DNA from: Vicugna vicugna
Lineage: Eukaryota
Assembly (NCBI GenBank): GCA_013265495.1
Contig: MU058065.1
Coordinates: 4,133,003 to 4,197,002, forward strand
DNA length: 64,000 nucleotides
Reading direction: 5' to 3'
Shown: one piece after another, positions 1 through 12,835 of the stretch
How positions within the stretch are numbered: position 1 is the first letter of the stretch
Layout of the letters: every line of letters starts with the position of its first letter
Made by a program: the position numbers and the translations under genes
The notes under the pieces: model-generated
Told to the model about the DNA's origin: nothing
The model's database searches: none
The model's input: only the letters and a program-made list of their open reading frames with translations

Positions 1-3000
1 GATTATGCTAGGAATGCTTAGAAGAGTCCCGACAGAGGGTTTAAAAAAATTGTCAAGTAAAAAGATAAAATTCTTTGAGGAAGAATTGTCAGATCACAGG
101 AAGTTCGGAAAACAGGCTTTAGGTCTCTGGTGGGCTGGGATCTATTCATTCCTTCAACAAATGGATATTGAAAGCCTATAATGTACAAATCACCATTGGT
201 ATTTTCATTGTGTTTCTACATCTATGAATGAGTACATCAGTCTTTATAGCAAGAATCATGATTAAAATCCCTTCTTTTCATGTATGCCCCAAATTTAGAC
301 ATTTGTTTAAAAGCTGTACTGACCGTAATTCTGTTCCTCATTCATATGTGTATTCACTATTGCCTTTTGAATTCCTGTCTTCCCATCCCACCCAGTGTCT
401 CCAAATTTACTTAACCTTTGCTTTCTTCCTGAGAATGGAAAATTCGAGCACACTACATATTTAACTCAACAAACTTCACTCTCCGCTTTACAAACAGCAC
501 CATCTTCAGAAGGTCATGATCATATGTATTCTATAAGCTGGAAGAAGAGGACTTTGCATGAAATGTTTTTGAAGTTCAATTAGTTTTGAGTTCAAGCTAA
601 TTTCACAGGGCAGAAGACCAGCATAGCCAGACTTTGCAGCGTAATTAAGTGAAGGCAGGGTCAGCTAAAACAGCCAAACGTGGAAGAGCTTTGGTTTAGC
701 TCCACATGGTCTGACAAAGTTTGATGGTGCTGTTCAGAGTCCATTTGGGATGGATTATTAGGATTAAAGAACAGCGGACGGCTCTGTACTTGGTACGTTC
801 TCTCATGTCATTAGTGGATGAGAAAATTCAGCTGCTTATCTGGCTCTTGTTTCTAAGGATGGATTTAAACAGACCCACACTTCTCGAAGGTGATCTTACT
901 AACCTCTTCTTAATAAGTTACAGATCTCAAATTGCTCAAAATCCTTAAAATACCATTTGAAGTCAGTTGATTGATAATTATCATTTCCCCTACGTGTACA
1001 GATATTTTCCGCAGCAGTCCAAAGCTATGGTACAGTTTCTTAATTACCCAGATAATCCTGTTTGCTTGTATTTTTAAACTATGAAGTGCTGGGTAATTAT
1101 TCAATTCTTAATAGAAGGCAAATGGCAATATAAACAATAATTAGGATGTTAGACAGACTAATGCGCTTCAAAGCAAATTGGATTTTTTTCATACTGTTCA
1201 GCATGAAGTCCCATAAAGCTAACGATTTAGAAGCAACGCAAAAAAAAAAAGGGAGGGGTTCCATTTTTGTTCATATTTTATGGCGTTATCTCTTCATGGC
1301 TTGTTTCTGTGAATAGCAGTTTGCCCCAGTGAAGCTGGCCGACTGTTTCCGGAACAATCACTTCCCTGCTGTTTGACGTTTGCCTGTGTTCTCCCAGGCC
1401 TCCAGACTGGTCCTTTGTCTGCTGCAGATCGCAGGGGTCAGAGGTTAACAGAATACTGATTTCCTCCCATAATACCATGGCAGGTAAATATGGGCCAACC
1501 TCATGATCAGCTAAGACGCAGCTCAGTAAGGAATGCTGTTCTCATGGGCTTTTTGTCCTTAAGAACTTCGTGGACTTCAGTTTCCCAGCAATTGCCTTCT
1601 GCAAGGCCTTCTTCATTATAGGCGCTGGCTGCCGGCTCTTTTATATGGCTTTTTCCGTTAATAACCATTCACCACTAACAATATGTCCCCAGAAATACAT
1701 GACCTGAAAACTATGAGCAAATCACTGCATTTGATGAATTAATTTTACAAACTTAATAAATACTTTGCAGTCTTTACGCACTTAATTATGTCTTGTAGTC
1801 TTATCTGTAACTGTGTGCTTCATTGATGAAATAATAAACTGATAACAAAGGCAGTGGACAAAGGTACTTTAATAATGGTGCTCTTACCCACCCCCCTTCT
1901 TTTTTTCCTCTAGCCTTCATGGTGTGTTGCCAGTTAGAAGTATAATTAAATGAACAATTTCATTCCCATTTTCACCATTTAAGGAGATGTCCGAGCATTC
2001 ATCAGTATCAGTGTTAGTGATACTTCACATTAGTTTAATTATATCAGTCCTAATTTTTCTCCCAAGGATTAATGTAAGCTACTCAATAGATTGCATCCTA
2101 ATTGGTTATGATGGACACACAGGCTTTAGAAGTTTTGTTTTAAACTTTCACACTTCTTGTTACCATTCAATTAATTTCAGGACACCTTTGCATATATTAC
2201 TATCCCATTTCTGTTTGGCCAGCTTCCTTCACGTTGCACTGTGAACTTGATGCTTCGATTCATTTGTTTTCAGTTTTAAGTGTTTGAAAAAGACATCTCC
2301 ACTTTGAAAAACAGTTCCCTTTTGAAGTGTCCAGCTTGTCAACGACTGAAGCAGCCCCCGGGCCAATTAGCATGTTAAAAGAATGGATCAATACTTTCTG
2401 CCTCCTCCACCCTTCTTGCTCTCTTCCGAGGGGGAAGAGTTTTGAAGACCCCTAGGAGGCTCTTGACAGATGTGCCAGGAGACTTCAAGAGGATTGTCGA
2501 TTGTTCTGAGTGGGGAGCATTGACAGTTTGATCTAGTGCCCAGACGGCTTCTTCTCCGCTGGCCATTTGAAAATGGATGCAGGGGGAATTGACAGCTTCA
2601 GGAAAGCCCCAGCAGTTCATGTAATTATGGAGAGGATTAGAGAAAAGTGTTGGGAGAAATGAGAGATCAATAGAAGGGCACAGTTGACTCGCACTCACCT
2701 TTAGTTGTTATCACTACGTTTTGTAACGTTTAGCCTATACATAAGGAAGACTTTTCTAGGTGTGTGTTTTTTTAAGGGTTATTTGAAACCATGCACAAGA
2801 AAAAAAAAATATATATATATATATGCAGCCACAGACTTTTGAGAGCAGACTTGTAGGTAATTAACAGTGTAACACTTGCAGTACTTAAGATGCAAAGGTG
2901 CTAATTAACTAATGGGAGAAATTGAGATTTCATTACTCTGTTCTCTAACGAGGTGCCAGCAAAGAAATACAGCTGAAAGTGAGATTTGAACATTCAGGTT

Positions 3001-3619
3001 TCTTTTAAAGCATTTTCCTTAAGAATTGCCTCTCTGTATCCTAAAGTTTTCAATTAGCACTAATGCAGGGCTACAGTAAAACAATCTAAAAGTGTGGTGT
3101 TTTTGCAGAAAGGAACTCATGTTGATGGAAAAATGAGAACATTATCTTTGCATGAATGAAAAAAAAAAGCTTTTAAGAAGTTTGAAACACACAGCTTGAA
3201 GGTCTCAAATAGTCTTTTAAGAAGTTATCCTTCACGGGGCCAAAAAATGCCTACTGTACTGAACAAGATAAACCCAAGTACATAATTTACTCAAACCATC
3301 ATGAAGGATTCTGGGCTCCTCACTGACAAAATGTTGTCGCTCTAACTATTTCAGTAATTTTTAAATGGGTACTTCATAAGACAAACATTCTGTGCTGTGG
3401 TTTCAGCAGTTGTACTAAAACTCTTTAAAAAGGTGGTTGTTGGGTCTTTCCTTTTCTTCTAGAGAAAGAAACTCATTAATTGAAGAGATGTAAGGCCTGA
3501 CCTTTTCAAAATCACAACTATTATTGCAGCTTTATAAAATAGATGTACTAAAAAGAACTCCTTCTCCCCAAAGAGGACTGTTGACTTCTACTACAGATAG
3601 TGATTGAAAAACAGAAACC

Positions 3620-4215
3620 TATTGAGTTTTTCCAATATTTTCCATTACATCTTCTAGCTGGTTATCACTGATCTACAGGAAAGCTATTGATTTCTGTCTG
3701 TTTATCTTGGATCCAATCTTTTTATGGAACTGTCTTGTGAATACTAACAGGTTTTCAGTTAATTCTCCAGGGTTTTCTAGAGAACTAATAGTTTTAGCTG
3801 CAAGCGATTATGTACTTTTTCCTTCTTTCTAGAAAGTGGACATCTCATTTCTCCTTCCTATCTTATAACATTGGTCAGAATTTTCAGACCAGTAAAAAAA
3901 TTATAGTGTAGGTTGTAAGCATATTTATTTTATGCTCCATTTTAGTGGGCATAATTTAGTGGGCATAATGAGATATGGTGTCTTACTATCATTTCCAATT
4001 TTTAAACATTCTTCAGAAAGAAGAGATTTTGAATTTTGTTAAATTACTTCAAATATCTCTTTTAGTCCTATGACCTTTTGACTCATCGTATTTATGAGAT
4101 TGAGGATACTAGTATATTTTTTCTGAAAATAATCCACAAACTCTTTGCTTTTGGCGGGGAAAAGATCCTATTAGGTGACAGTCAATTTTGATACAGTTTC
4201 TTAAATTCTATGTGT
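3620..4215 (-). mobile_element. Old L1M fragment (ORF2 3' region), degenerate
   Basis: ctattgatttctgtctgtttatcttg...gggttttctag...gctgcaa resembles antisense old L1; boundaries approximate. Confidence 0.55.
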
Positions 4216-4229
4216 TAATTGAAAATGGT

Positions 4230-4455
4230 GATGAAGGGCCAGGGCTTTGGAGATAGAATTTAATTTTAATCTCAGTTTTGTCATTTACAATGTTAACTGT
4301 GAGCTCTAGGTACTTAATTTTAGTACTTTGGTTTTCTCCTCTGTAATAAGAGGATAATGATACCTACCCCATGGGTATCCTTAGGATTAACTAAGACAGT
4401 GATTAAATAAGTCTCACTAGGAAGTGACATCTATTCCGTGCTCAGTAAAAAGTAG
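4230..4455 (+). mobile_element. MIR SINE
   Basis: ggctttggag...ttttctcctctgtaataagaggataatgatacctacc...gtgctcagtaaa. Confidence 0.7.
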
Positions 4456-4727
4456 GACTTTTTCTTATTTCATTTTGAATTGTTAATAAATAGTCAAGTA
4501 ATATGAACCTGCATATTCTCTTTTTCTCTGTCTCTTTCGTTTTCTAACTTTCTTTGCCTCCTTCTCCCCTCCTCTTCTTAACAGGGGTTGGTATTATAAT
4601 TGATTCATAAAGTTAATCACGATCATTTCCCAATTTTTTTTTAGTTAAAATTGCAGAACATTAATGTGCAGGGAATCTAGCTTTACTCTGCAAGTTTGAA
4701 AGATTTCACCATTAAAACTGGCTCCAA

Positions 4728-4877
4728 GGGGAAGGGTATAGCTCAGTGGCAGAGCGCATGCTTAGCATGCACGAGGTCCTGGGTTCAGCCCTCGGTACCT
4801 CCATTAAAAATAAATGAATAAATAAACCTAATTATCTCCCCCCAAAACCAAACAAAACCAAAAAAAAAAAACCAACA
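4728..4877 (+). mobile_element. tRNA-Ala-derived SINE (camelid Vic-1-like), full length
   Basis: Head ggggaagggtatagctcagtggcagagcgcatgcttagcatgcacgaggtcctgggttc with Pol III A/B boxes, then an AT-rich body (aaataaacctaatta) and an A-rich tail; AAAACTGG repeated at 4714 and 4878 (TSD core). Confidence 0.9.
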
Positions 4878-5399
4878 AAAACTGGTTTTAGACTGTGCAC
4901 TTATGATTTGGTCACTTTTCTGTATATTTTCGAGACTTCAAAAAAAAAATTGTTAACAGCCACAAAAAGGAAATTGGCTCTGCTTTTCCAGCCTCAGCCT
5001 CACAGGTGGATCTTCCGGGTATGAATAGGATACTAATCTCAGTTGCAAACTTCTAGACGAGACAAACTGTCAGGTAACTTACAACTCTAAGATTCTAAGA
5101 TAGTAGGGAATTTGGTCACCTTTTTTAAATATTTCTTATTTCCTGTAGGGTAGATAATCCAGGTCTAGGATTTTGTAGCATAGAAAAGATGGAGAACCTC
5201 TTCAAACAATCCCAGTTATCAACCTTTCTATTTTTATTTTCCTTCAATCTAAATGTGCACCACAGCATCTCAAAGTCAGACTCATCTGTTTCCCTAACGG
5301 GCATTGATTAAAGGAGATGGAGAATGTCTTTTGGAAGAAATTACTCAGATTTTGTGAGAGCATCTGTAACGATGACCATCAACCAAGTTCCCTACTGAC

Positions 5400-5570
5400 T
5401 TACTTATCCTCAAACAGCCTTACAAGGCCGGTCCTGCCTGTTATTATCCCCATTTTACAGTTGGGAAAGCTGAGGCATGGAAAGGTGCCTAAGGCCATAA
5501 AGACCACTCACAATGATTTAAAACCAGATAGACTGGCTCCAGCCTCCACAGCTGCCAACTCTACACCACC
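5400..5570 (-). mobile_element. MIR SINE
   Basis: ttattatccccattttacagttgggaaagctgaggc core. Confidence 0.7.
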
Positions 5571-5648
5571 CTTTCGCCTGGGTAAGAACTGTTAGAAATA
5601 AACTTCTCCCCAAGTTAACTAGCAATATGCAATCTGCCCTGTATTCTT

Positions 5649-5702
5649 TTTTTTTTTTTTTTACATTTTTTTATTGAGTTATAGTCATTTTACAATGTTG
5701 TG
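5649..5702 (-). mobile_element. Very short 5'-truncated L1 3' end with poly(A)
   Basis: Poly-T then ttattgagttatagtcattttacaatgttgtg (reverse complement of an L1 3' terminus with AATAAA); 14-bp TSD TGCCCTGTATTCTT (5635-5648) / TGCCCTGGATTCTT (5703-5716). Confidence 0.8.
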
Positions 5703-6878
5703 TGCCCTGGATTCTTACAAGGTAAGAAGGACATTTTAAATGCCTGAGTTATAGACTCAAGTAAGCAGTATCCTCTGTTTACTCCAAGATTTGTCAAACA
5801 CTCTACTGCCAATGGGTGGCCTTTGTATAATTTCGAATGGCCTTGCAAAGAGCAAAATGTGACTTTGCAATTATTAAGGCTGGAGACCTTGTCATGAGCA
5901 AATTATTCTTATTTAGATTCTAAATCACAGCACAGAAAGAGGTTGCAAGCAGAGACCCCAAGTTTACGTAAGTCAGAACATCATCTCCTCTTAACTGGAG
6001 GGCAGCCAAACCAAATAAGAACTTTTTTGATTTCTCAAATACTGTACAATAAATCCAGGGCTATTTAGAAGGAAAATCAGTCTTAAAAGGCAGTGGACTT
6101 TGAATACTCTAAATGTTGCACATATGTTTGTATATTGGTTCAGGTGGAGTATTTATCTGCAAATGTGTGCAGAAAAAGAAAAAATAAATGACCAAGAGAT
6201 CATTTGTATGGCAATTCATTTCTGTACTGAGGAGGAAGGAGAGAAAAATGAGGCTTATATGGCAGATGGTGGAGTATGTGAGTCCTTCAGCTCCCGCATA
6301 TCCATTCCACCCTTCCCCCATTGTGTTGCCACCTTGTGGCTTCCATGGAAGTGACTCATCTTCTAGCACCTAGAACCAGCTACATCCTGAATTGTCTTAT
6401 TATGCAAGTCTCAAAAAAAAAATTTTTTTTGAGCCTAAGCCATTTAGAATCAGATTTACTGTTGCTTGCAACACAACCCTAATTAATAAGGGAGGTCATT
6501 ACTTGAACTTGCCGACTAGTTTTCTGTATGTTTGAATGTTTCACACGGGAAACATCACATGTTTGCCCAAGATGAGTAGTCCCTTTTCCAAAAGATTTCT
6601 TTCTAGTCCTATAAACAATAGAAACATATTGGATGTCTATTTGCCCTCGCTTCTCAGCCTGCTGGCAAGATGGACTAGTTTGGGTTCTGTTGCGGACAGG
6701 AGAGGGAAGGAAACCCTCTTCTGTACTGTGGCTTCCAGAAGTGGGGTATCTTTCTCCGTAGGATGGAGAATATTCAAGCTGGAAGGACTTTAAAATCATC
6801 TATTTAGTTCATGCTTCTCATTTACAGACGGGGAAACTGAGGGCTGGGATTAATAATGTACATAATAGACTAACAACG

Positions 6879-7140
6879 AGGTACAAACTTCAGTTACAAA
6901 ATAAATGAGCCACAGGGATGACATGTACAGCTTGGAGAATACAGTCCATAATAACGTCATATCTTTACATGGTGACAGATGATAACCAGACTTATGGTGA
7001 TCATTTTGTAATATACAGAAATATTGCTTTGTTGTGCACTAGGAACTCACACAGTGTTTTATGTCAACTATGCTTAAAACAAACAAATAAACTTAAGGGA
7101 AAAAGATCAGATTTGTGGTTACCAGAGGTAGAGGTTGGGG
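6879..7140 (+). mobile_element. L1 (L1MA-like) 3' UTR fragment(s)
   Basis: ggtacaaacttcagttacaaaataaatgagccacagggatg...atggtgacagatgataaccagacttatggtgatcattttgtaatata; followed by gatcagatttgtggttaccagagg. Confidence 0.75.
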
Positions 7141-7994
7141 AGAGTAAAACAAAGAGAAAATATTTTAAAAGGAAAAAAAGACTGGCTCTTGACTCCTGGA
7201 ATTTTAGAGTCTGATCTTCTTGATGGTGCAAAGGAGGGCATGTGCCCAAAACAGATGTGGACAATCAAGTTGAAGTCGAATCTGTGTATCTTTGAAGCTG
7301 ACCTTGGGGAACTAAGTCCTGTAGACTCAAGCCTGCTCCCCGAATCGGGCTTCTGAAATGAGCTCAAACTTGGTCCTTGATTGCAGTCTTGGGAGGTTTC
7401 AGTAAATTTTCTCCTCGTATGTACTGTGCCTCTTTCTGTCCACGTCAGTACATTCTGAGGTCTCCAGGCCTTTTATGCCCTATTCCCTTTGCAAAAGAGT
7501 TTGCAGTCTAAGGGAGCGGGCAGCCCCTTAAAAATATTTATGATGTGTGATAAGTGAAGTAAGCTTAGGTGAAGACCCAGAGGAGAGAGAGACATGCTGA
7601 GTCATGGGAGGTGAGATGTGAAGGAAGGGTTTTGGAAAATTGGGAATAGTATTGATGCATATGATATGAAATCGACCAGTGAACACAGTGGACAGTGGGA
7701 CCCAGGGGATGTGTCAAAGGGAAAGTGTATAGTAGCTTCTGAGTTTTAGGTTTGGTCCATTAGTGCATAGTGATTCTATACTTAGACTAAGGACATCCTA
7801 GAGGATGAGGTGGTTTGTAAGGGAAGGCGATTTGGTAAGTGGCAGGATGAGGGATTAGTTTAGTTTGTACTCTAAGGATGGAGGAGGGTAGTGGTCCAGG
7901 AAAGGGAGGATGATCATATTTTTATTTGCTTTTCATTTCTGAATTTGACTTTGTTTGTAGGAAAACAAATTTTGAGAGGCTTTCATTTGGAGAA

Positions 7995-8182
7995 TGTCTG
8001 TCTGCTTGGGCAGCCCTAACAGTGTACTGCAGACTGGGTGGCTCAAACAACAGACATTCATTTTCTCGTACTTTTGGCGGCCAGAAGTCCAAGTTCAACA
8101 GGCAGTCATGGCTGGTGTCTGGTGAAGGTTCTGTTCCTGGGTGTAGACTGTTGCCTTCTTGCTGTGTCCTCATGTGGCTTTT

Positions 8183-8217
<35 letters not shown>

Positions 8218-8404
8218 AGTAAGCAAGAGATCTCTGGTGTCTCCCTCTTCTTACAAGACACCAGTCCAGTGGGGTTGGGACCCCACCCTTGTGATCTGAT
8301 CTAACCTTAATTACCTCCCTAAAGGCCCTATCTCCAATTACTGTCACTTTCAGGGTTTGGCTTTCAACATATGCATTGTTGGGGAGACACTTCATTCCAT
8401 CACT
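7995..8404 (-). mobile_element. MLT1A/B-like MaLR solo LTR containing a (TG)n tract
   Basis: cagactgggtggctcaaacaacagacattcattttctc...agaagtccaag...aaccttaattacctccctaaaggccctatctcca...ttcaacatatg match the MLT1 consensus in reverse. Confidence 0.85.
8185..8215. repeat. (TG)15 microsatellite
   Basis: Direct reading. Confidence 0.95.
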
Positions 8405-11400
8405 GGAAATGAAAAATGCCTTTCTCCTTATTTTATGAAAGACTTGTGAACATTTGACAGATTATTAAAATTTAGCCTTTGCATCAGGGTTTCTGCCTTC
8501 GTGGCTTTGAGTGTTTTATTTATTTATCCATGCCTTTGTGGGTTTCTCACCAAGACAGTGTGGTTTGGTAGCCTGGGGCTTGGGCCCTGGGTGAGGTGAC
8601 CAGGGCTTTTCTAGGAGTGTGGATCTTGCGCAAAGCAGTTCATCCCTCCAAGTCCTTGTATTGCTCATCTGTGAAGTGGGGACACCAACACTTAACTTTT
8701 AACTTTGCAGTATAATTCCTATGATTTGTATACGTGTTATGTTTTTAGATATATTTATTATGTCTTTGATTAAAGAAGATAGTTTAGTATTTCATTTTTA
8801 AAAAAGTTTCAGCTGATGAATACTTCACTGTACTAAAGTATAGATTTCTCATGATTAATTGTACCCTGGTTTTATTGTGTGCATAGCTGCTAAGTATACC
8901 ATGGGAAACCCTACTTATTGGAGCATCTAAATATGCTTTTAAGCCATGTTCAAGGGAACTGACGAATGACAAAGTTATTGGGGTCAGAAAAAACAATCAC
9001 AAGAAATCCGTGTTGTTTGTAGAAAAACGTTGTAATGCTATAGGCAAGTAAAAAGACTAGCAAAATCAGCGGTAATGTCAGCACATAATGAGAGTCGTAC
9101 CCTCACTTTGGTTTCTGTGCTTCCAGACTTACTTTGCTGAACGTATGCGCGCGCACACACACACACATGCACGCACGCACTCACGCTCACTATCGTTGAT
9201 TGAGTCATGGCTTATAGAGCAGGCTGATTAAAAAAAATCTTTCCAGATCAATACATATAACTTTATAGCATCATTTTTCTTGGCCACAGAGTTTTGTGTT
9301 GCTTGGATGTACCACAGTTTTCTTCAGCTACTCTCTGTCGTTGGACAGTGAGGTTGCTTCTGGTGTGCTGCTTTTGATAACATTGTCCTGAGTGTCCTCA
9401 CAGCAAAATCTTGACATATGCCCTTAATTATTTTTGTAATAATTGTTGGTTTGAAAACTAAGCAGTTTTAGGGGACTTTGGTATTTACTGAAAAAGACTC
9501 AGTTTTGAGATCCGTGCTTACCTAAGCTTGAAACAATGAGAAACAGCATTCCTCTGGTGACATCATATGTTAATTTCCATGCAATACGCATTAAGGAAGT
9601 GAACTCCAAAGTGGAGGTGGTTTGACTCATTAGCACTTGCATGTGAGAAAGCTGCTTTTAAGGTTTTTGCCGACAAACCTTTCTTTTCATCCTAAAGGAA
9701 GCAATTAGCTTTTAAGCTTATTTTAAACAAATGTAGGATTCATTGGCTACCTGTGATGGCTGTTGGCAGCTACCCTTTAAAATAAATGATTATATGGTTT
9801 AGTAACCTGAGGTACATCATTGCCTCTAACTCTACGGTAAATTTGCCCTCCCACTGTCTAAGAAGCATCATTGCTCTTAAAACTCAAAGATACACTGCCT
9901 TTCGTAAATTGTTAAAGTGAACTTGATGAGGCTGATTGCTTTATATAATCTCTTAGATACTGTTGCCTTACAGTTTTGCAGAATGCCTTCAGGGCATTTT
10001 TCACCAACCGGAAAGGAAAATGACTTCCTGGACTATGCATGATCTTTAAAATACCGACACACACAGAAACCAGCAGTTCAAATCCTTCGAGGTTTGGCTA
10101 ATGCTCCTTCTTTAGGAGTTAAATGCATTGATTGCTGTGTAATCAATTGTTTCTGAGGCCTTAAAATTCATCTTGTTCCACCTCAGAGATTTAACACCTT
10201 TAAACTGGGTCATCCAAGTGCCTATACCAGCATTCCATGCACTTATCTCCCGGGATCACTTCCTCACCATGGAATATTAATTATCCAGTTCAGTTTTGCA
10301 CCTTCCCCTTTTGAAAGCAAATTAAACATCTTGTGAGTTATTTCTCCAATTGCAGAGATGGGATATGGAAAAATGTGACATCCTTTCTTTCCCACCTTCC
10401 CCTACTCCTTTTGGCTCCCTCTTTCTCAGTGAGGGAATCCTAATCCTGCACGTGCTGGCTCTAATCCAGAAGACCTTGTCATTTGGAAATAGGGTAGCGT
10501 CTCCAAGGATAGTGAAACCTTGGATGCATTTCCTCAAACCTAAAATATTCATTCTGCTTACGGCATCTCATCTCTCAGCAATGTGAAAAATAAAACCATA
10601 CTGTTTTTTTGGGTTTTTTTTCCCTAGTAAATGAATTCTCACATTTTATTCATGAAATGAATACTGTCCGTTTTAGAACAGGTGGAAAATGAGAGAAAGA
10701 AACACAAGTGATGTAAACCGGAAGTCACATATGGGAACATCCTGGTACCTGTCCTGGTTTCTTGCTGTCAGTGCCTAAGTGCAGAGTGGTGTTATTCTTT
10801 GCATGGTGGTACTTGCCTCTTCCTTCTGCCTGCCAGCTCAGACCAAGGAGTGCTTCATCGGTAACCTCAGAATCACCTACCTGGGGAGTTGGTGATGCGC
10901 TTTGCTGTTGTAGGCTGCATTCCCGTCCTGCTTGGGGTGAATATTGGCGTCTACATGCCTGTGCTGTTTCAGCTTCCCACGTACTTTATTGGCCCAGAAA
11001 CTCCAGCTACTCCTTTCCCTTTTCCCGATGCCAATGGGACCAGAACCCTTGGCTGTAACCACCCTGCTACCCCCAGAAATCCTCTATGAATGAGTTTGCC
11101 AATCCCTTCCCTTAGGCTGTTGCATCCTGTTTCTCAATCCCACAGAATCCTGCTCTGTCTGAATCATCAGGAACTTGAACGTGGGTCGCCCACCTGACTT
11201 CTAGGGTGGTACCTTCTTAGGACCCCCTTGCTGCTTCTGTCCTCTGCCCTCGAGCTGGGAGTCCTGAGAGTTTGACGTTGTTACAAATCGAGACATAATA
11301 CTCTACGATATTTTGGGCACTAATTTGGCCCTCCATCACTTTCCTTTAGAGCTGGTCCCCCGGGATTCATCTCCCCTGGCTGCCTATGCCAGTGAGGTTT

Positions 11401-12469
11401 CACATGTCTGGACAGCCCACCCATCAAAGATCAGCATCTCTATGCCAGGGGAAGTGTTTAAGCAGAAACTAGAGCCTTTAGTAAGAGAAGCTTCAGCAAG
11501 TATCCCTCATGAAAAGAAGGACCGGAATAACTTCTCTGATCCCTTACAATTTTAAGATTATGACAATTCAGCAGTAACTGCCTCTCCCACTCACAGCTTT
11601 CAGTGAAAATTCGCTCATTTATTTGTCCCATCTTGTGAGGGCTGAGAGAGCTGATTGGTACGGAAGGCTTGTTGTATGCCCATGGAAGGTAAAATCAAAT
11701 TTTAAAAAGGTCGTATCCATACAAAAAGAGGAAAAATGGTAAATAACAAAATGGTACGTTAATCAAAAGTGGCTGTTCAGTCATTGAAATCGGCCAAATT
11801 ATTTAATGTAAATACTGATCCTGTTTACTTCTGTCAAGACACAAGGACAACTGAGGAAAGTTTGATTCACTGGCCACGATGAATCACTTGTTGGATGTGT
11901 ATCTGTTTTGTTTTGCACATGGAAACTTGAGTCATCACAAGAGCAGTGGCTGGATATTTTGCTTTGACTAGAGAGAATTTATTGAATTTGTTAATTAAGA
12001 AAGTTTTCTTATAAAAATGGACAAGTGCTAATAAATGAAGTCATATTTAGGCATAATGATAAATCTCTTCCCTCTTCTCTCTGCTTGTCTCCTCCAAACC
12101 TATCCAGCCTTCATTCTATACGCTGGATTATATCATTATAACAGAAAATATATAAGCTGGGCTTATAACTCTTCCTAAACCTGCGTGTTGATCATGTGAC
12201 CCTCCTGCTCTGAAACCATCCCTGTCTTTTACATCTGGCCCTGCAGGGAAGTGTGCTCCAAGCTCTTTCACTGCTCTGGGAATCCAGCTGCTGGGTTTTG
12301 GTCCCACCCATCCCACCTGCCCCACGTCCCTTCCGACCTGTCACTATCATTCTTCACGGCCCTGCTCAAGGAGCACTTTCTTTTCCCTTTGAACTCTCTG
12401 GAGTGTTTTGGTTGCATTCCTTCATGTCACTTATCCTTTCTGGTAACACATTCTTTTCAGGGCGCAGAG

Positions 12470-12680
12470 TATTAGAGTGAGTAAACTACCTACGGCGTAT
12501 TGGCTGTTTGACTTCAGGCAGATCGGTTTCTTTCCCTGTGCTCAGTGCGCTTGTATATGAAATGCAGGTAATAGTGGGACCTACTCCACAGGTGGCTGTG
12601 TGGGTTAGAGAAGTAATCACTCGCAAAGCCCCTGAGCCAGGAACCTGGAACATAGTAACTACTCAGTGAATGTTAGCTCT
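12470..12680 (+). mobile_element. MIR SINE
   Basis: ctgtgctcagt...tatgaaatgcaggtaatagt...cctggaacatagtaactactcagtgaatgttagct. Confidence 0.7.
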
Positions 12681-12722
12681 TACTGCTGCTACTGCTATTG
12701 GGTGGTTATTTGTTGTCCTGTT

Positions 12723-12835
12723 CAGGGCCTGAACTTGGTGAGTGGAGTTTCCGCTGCATTTCTAACCCTAGTTTTCCCCTTCAGTTTGTTGCCTTGTTCA
12801 GTGAACAGCCTATACAACTGTATATGACAGTTCAA
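12723..12835 (-). mobile_element. MER91A-like (hAT) fragment
   Basis: ccttgttcagtgaacagcctatacaactgtatatgacag resembles the reverse complement of the MER91 5' end. Confidence 0.55.

Noticed and set aside
3941..3968. 14-bp tandem duplication tttagtgggcataa x2
   Set aside because: Ordinary slippage duplication inside an old L1 fragment.
4730..4803. tRNA-Ala(AGC) gene
   Set aside because: The tRNA-like head has stem mismatches and is followed by a SINE body, A-rich tail and TSD; several diverged copies occur in the window.
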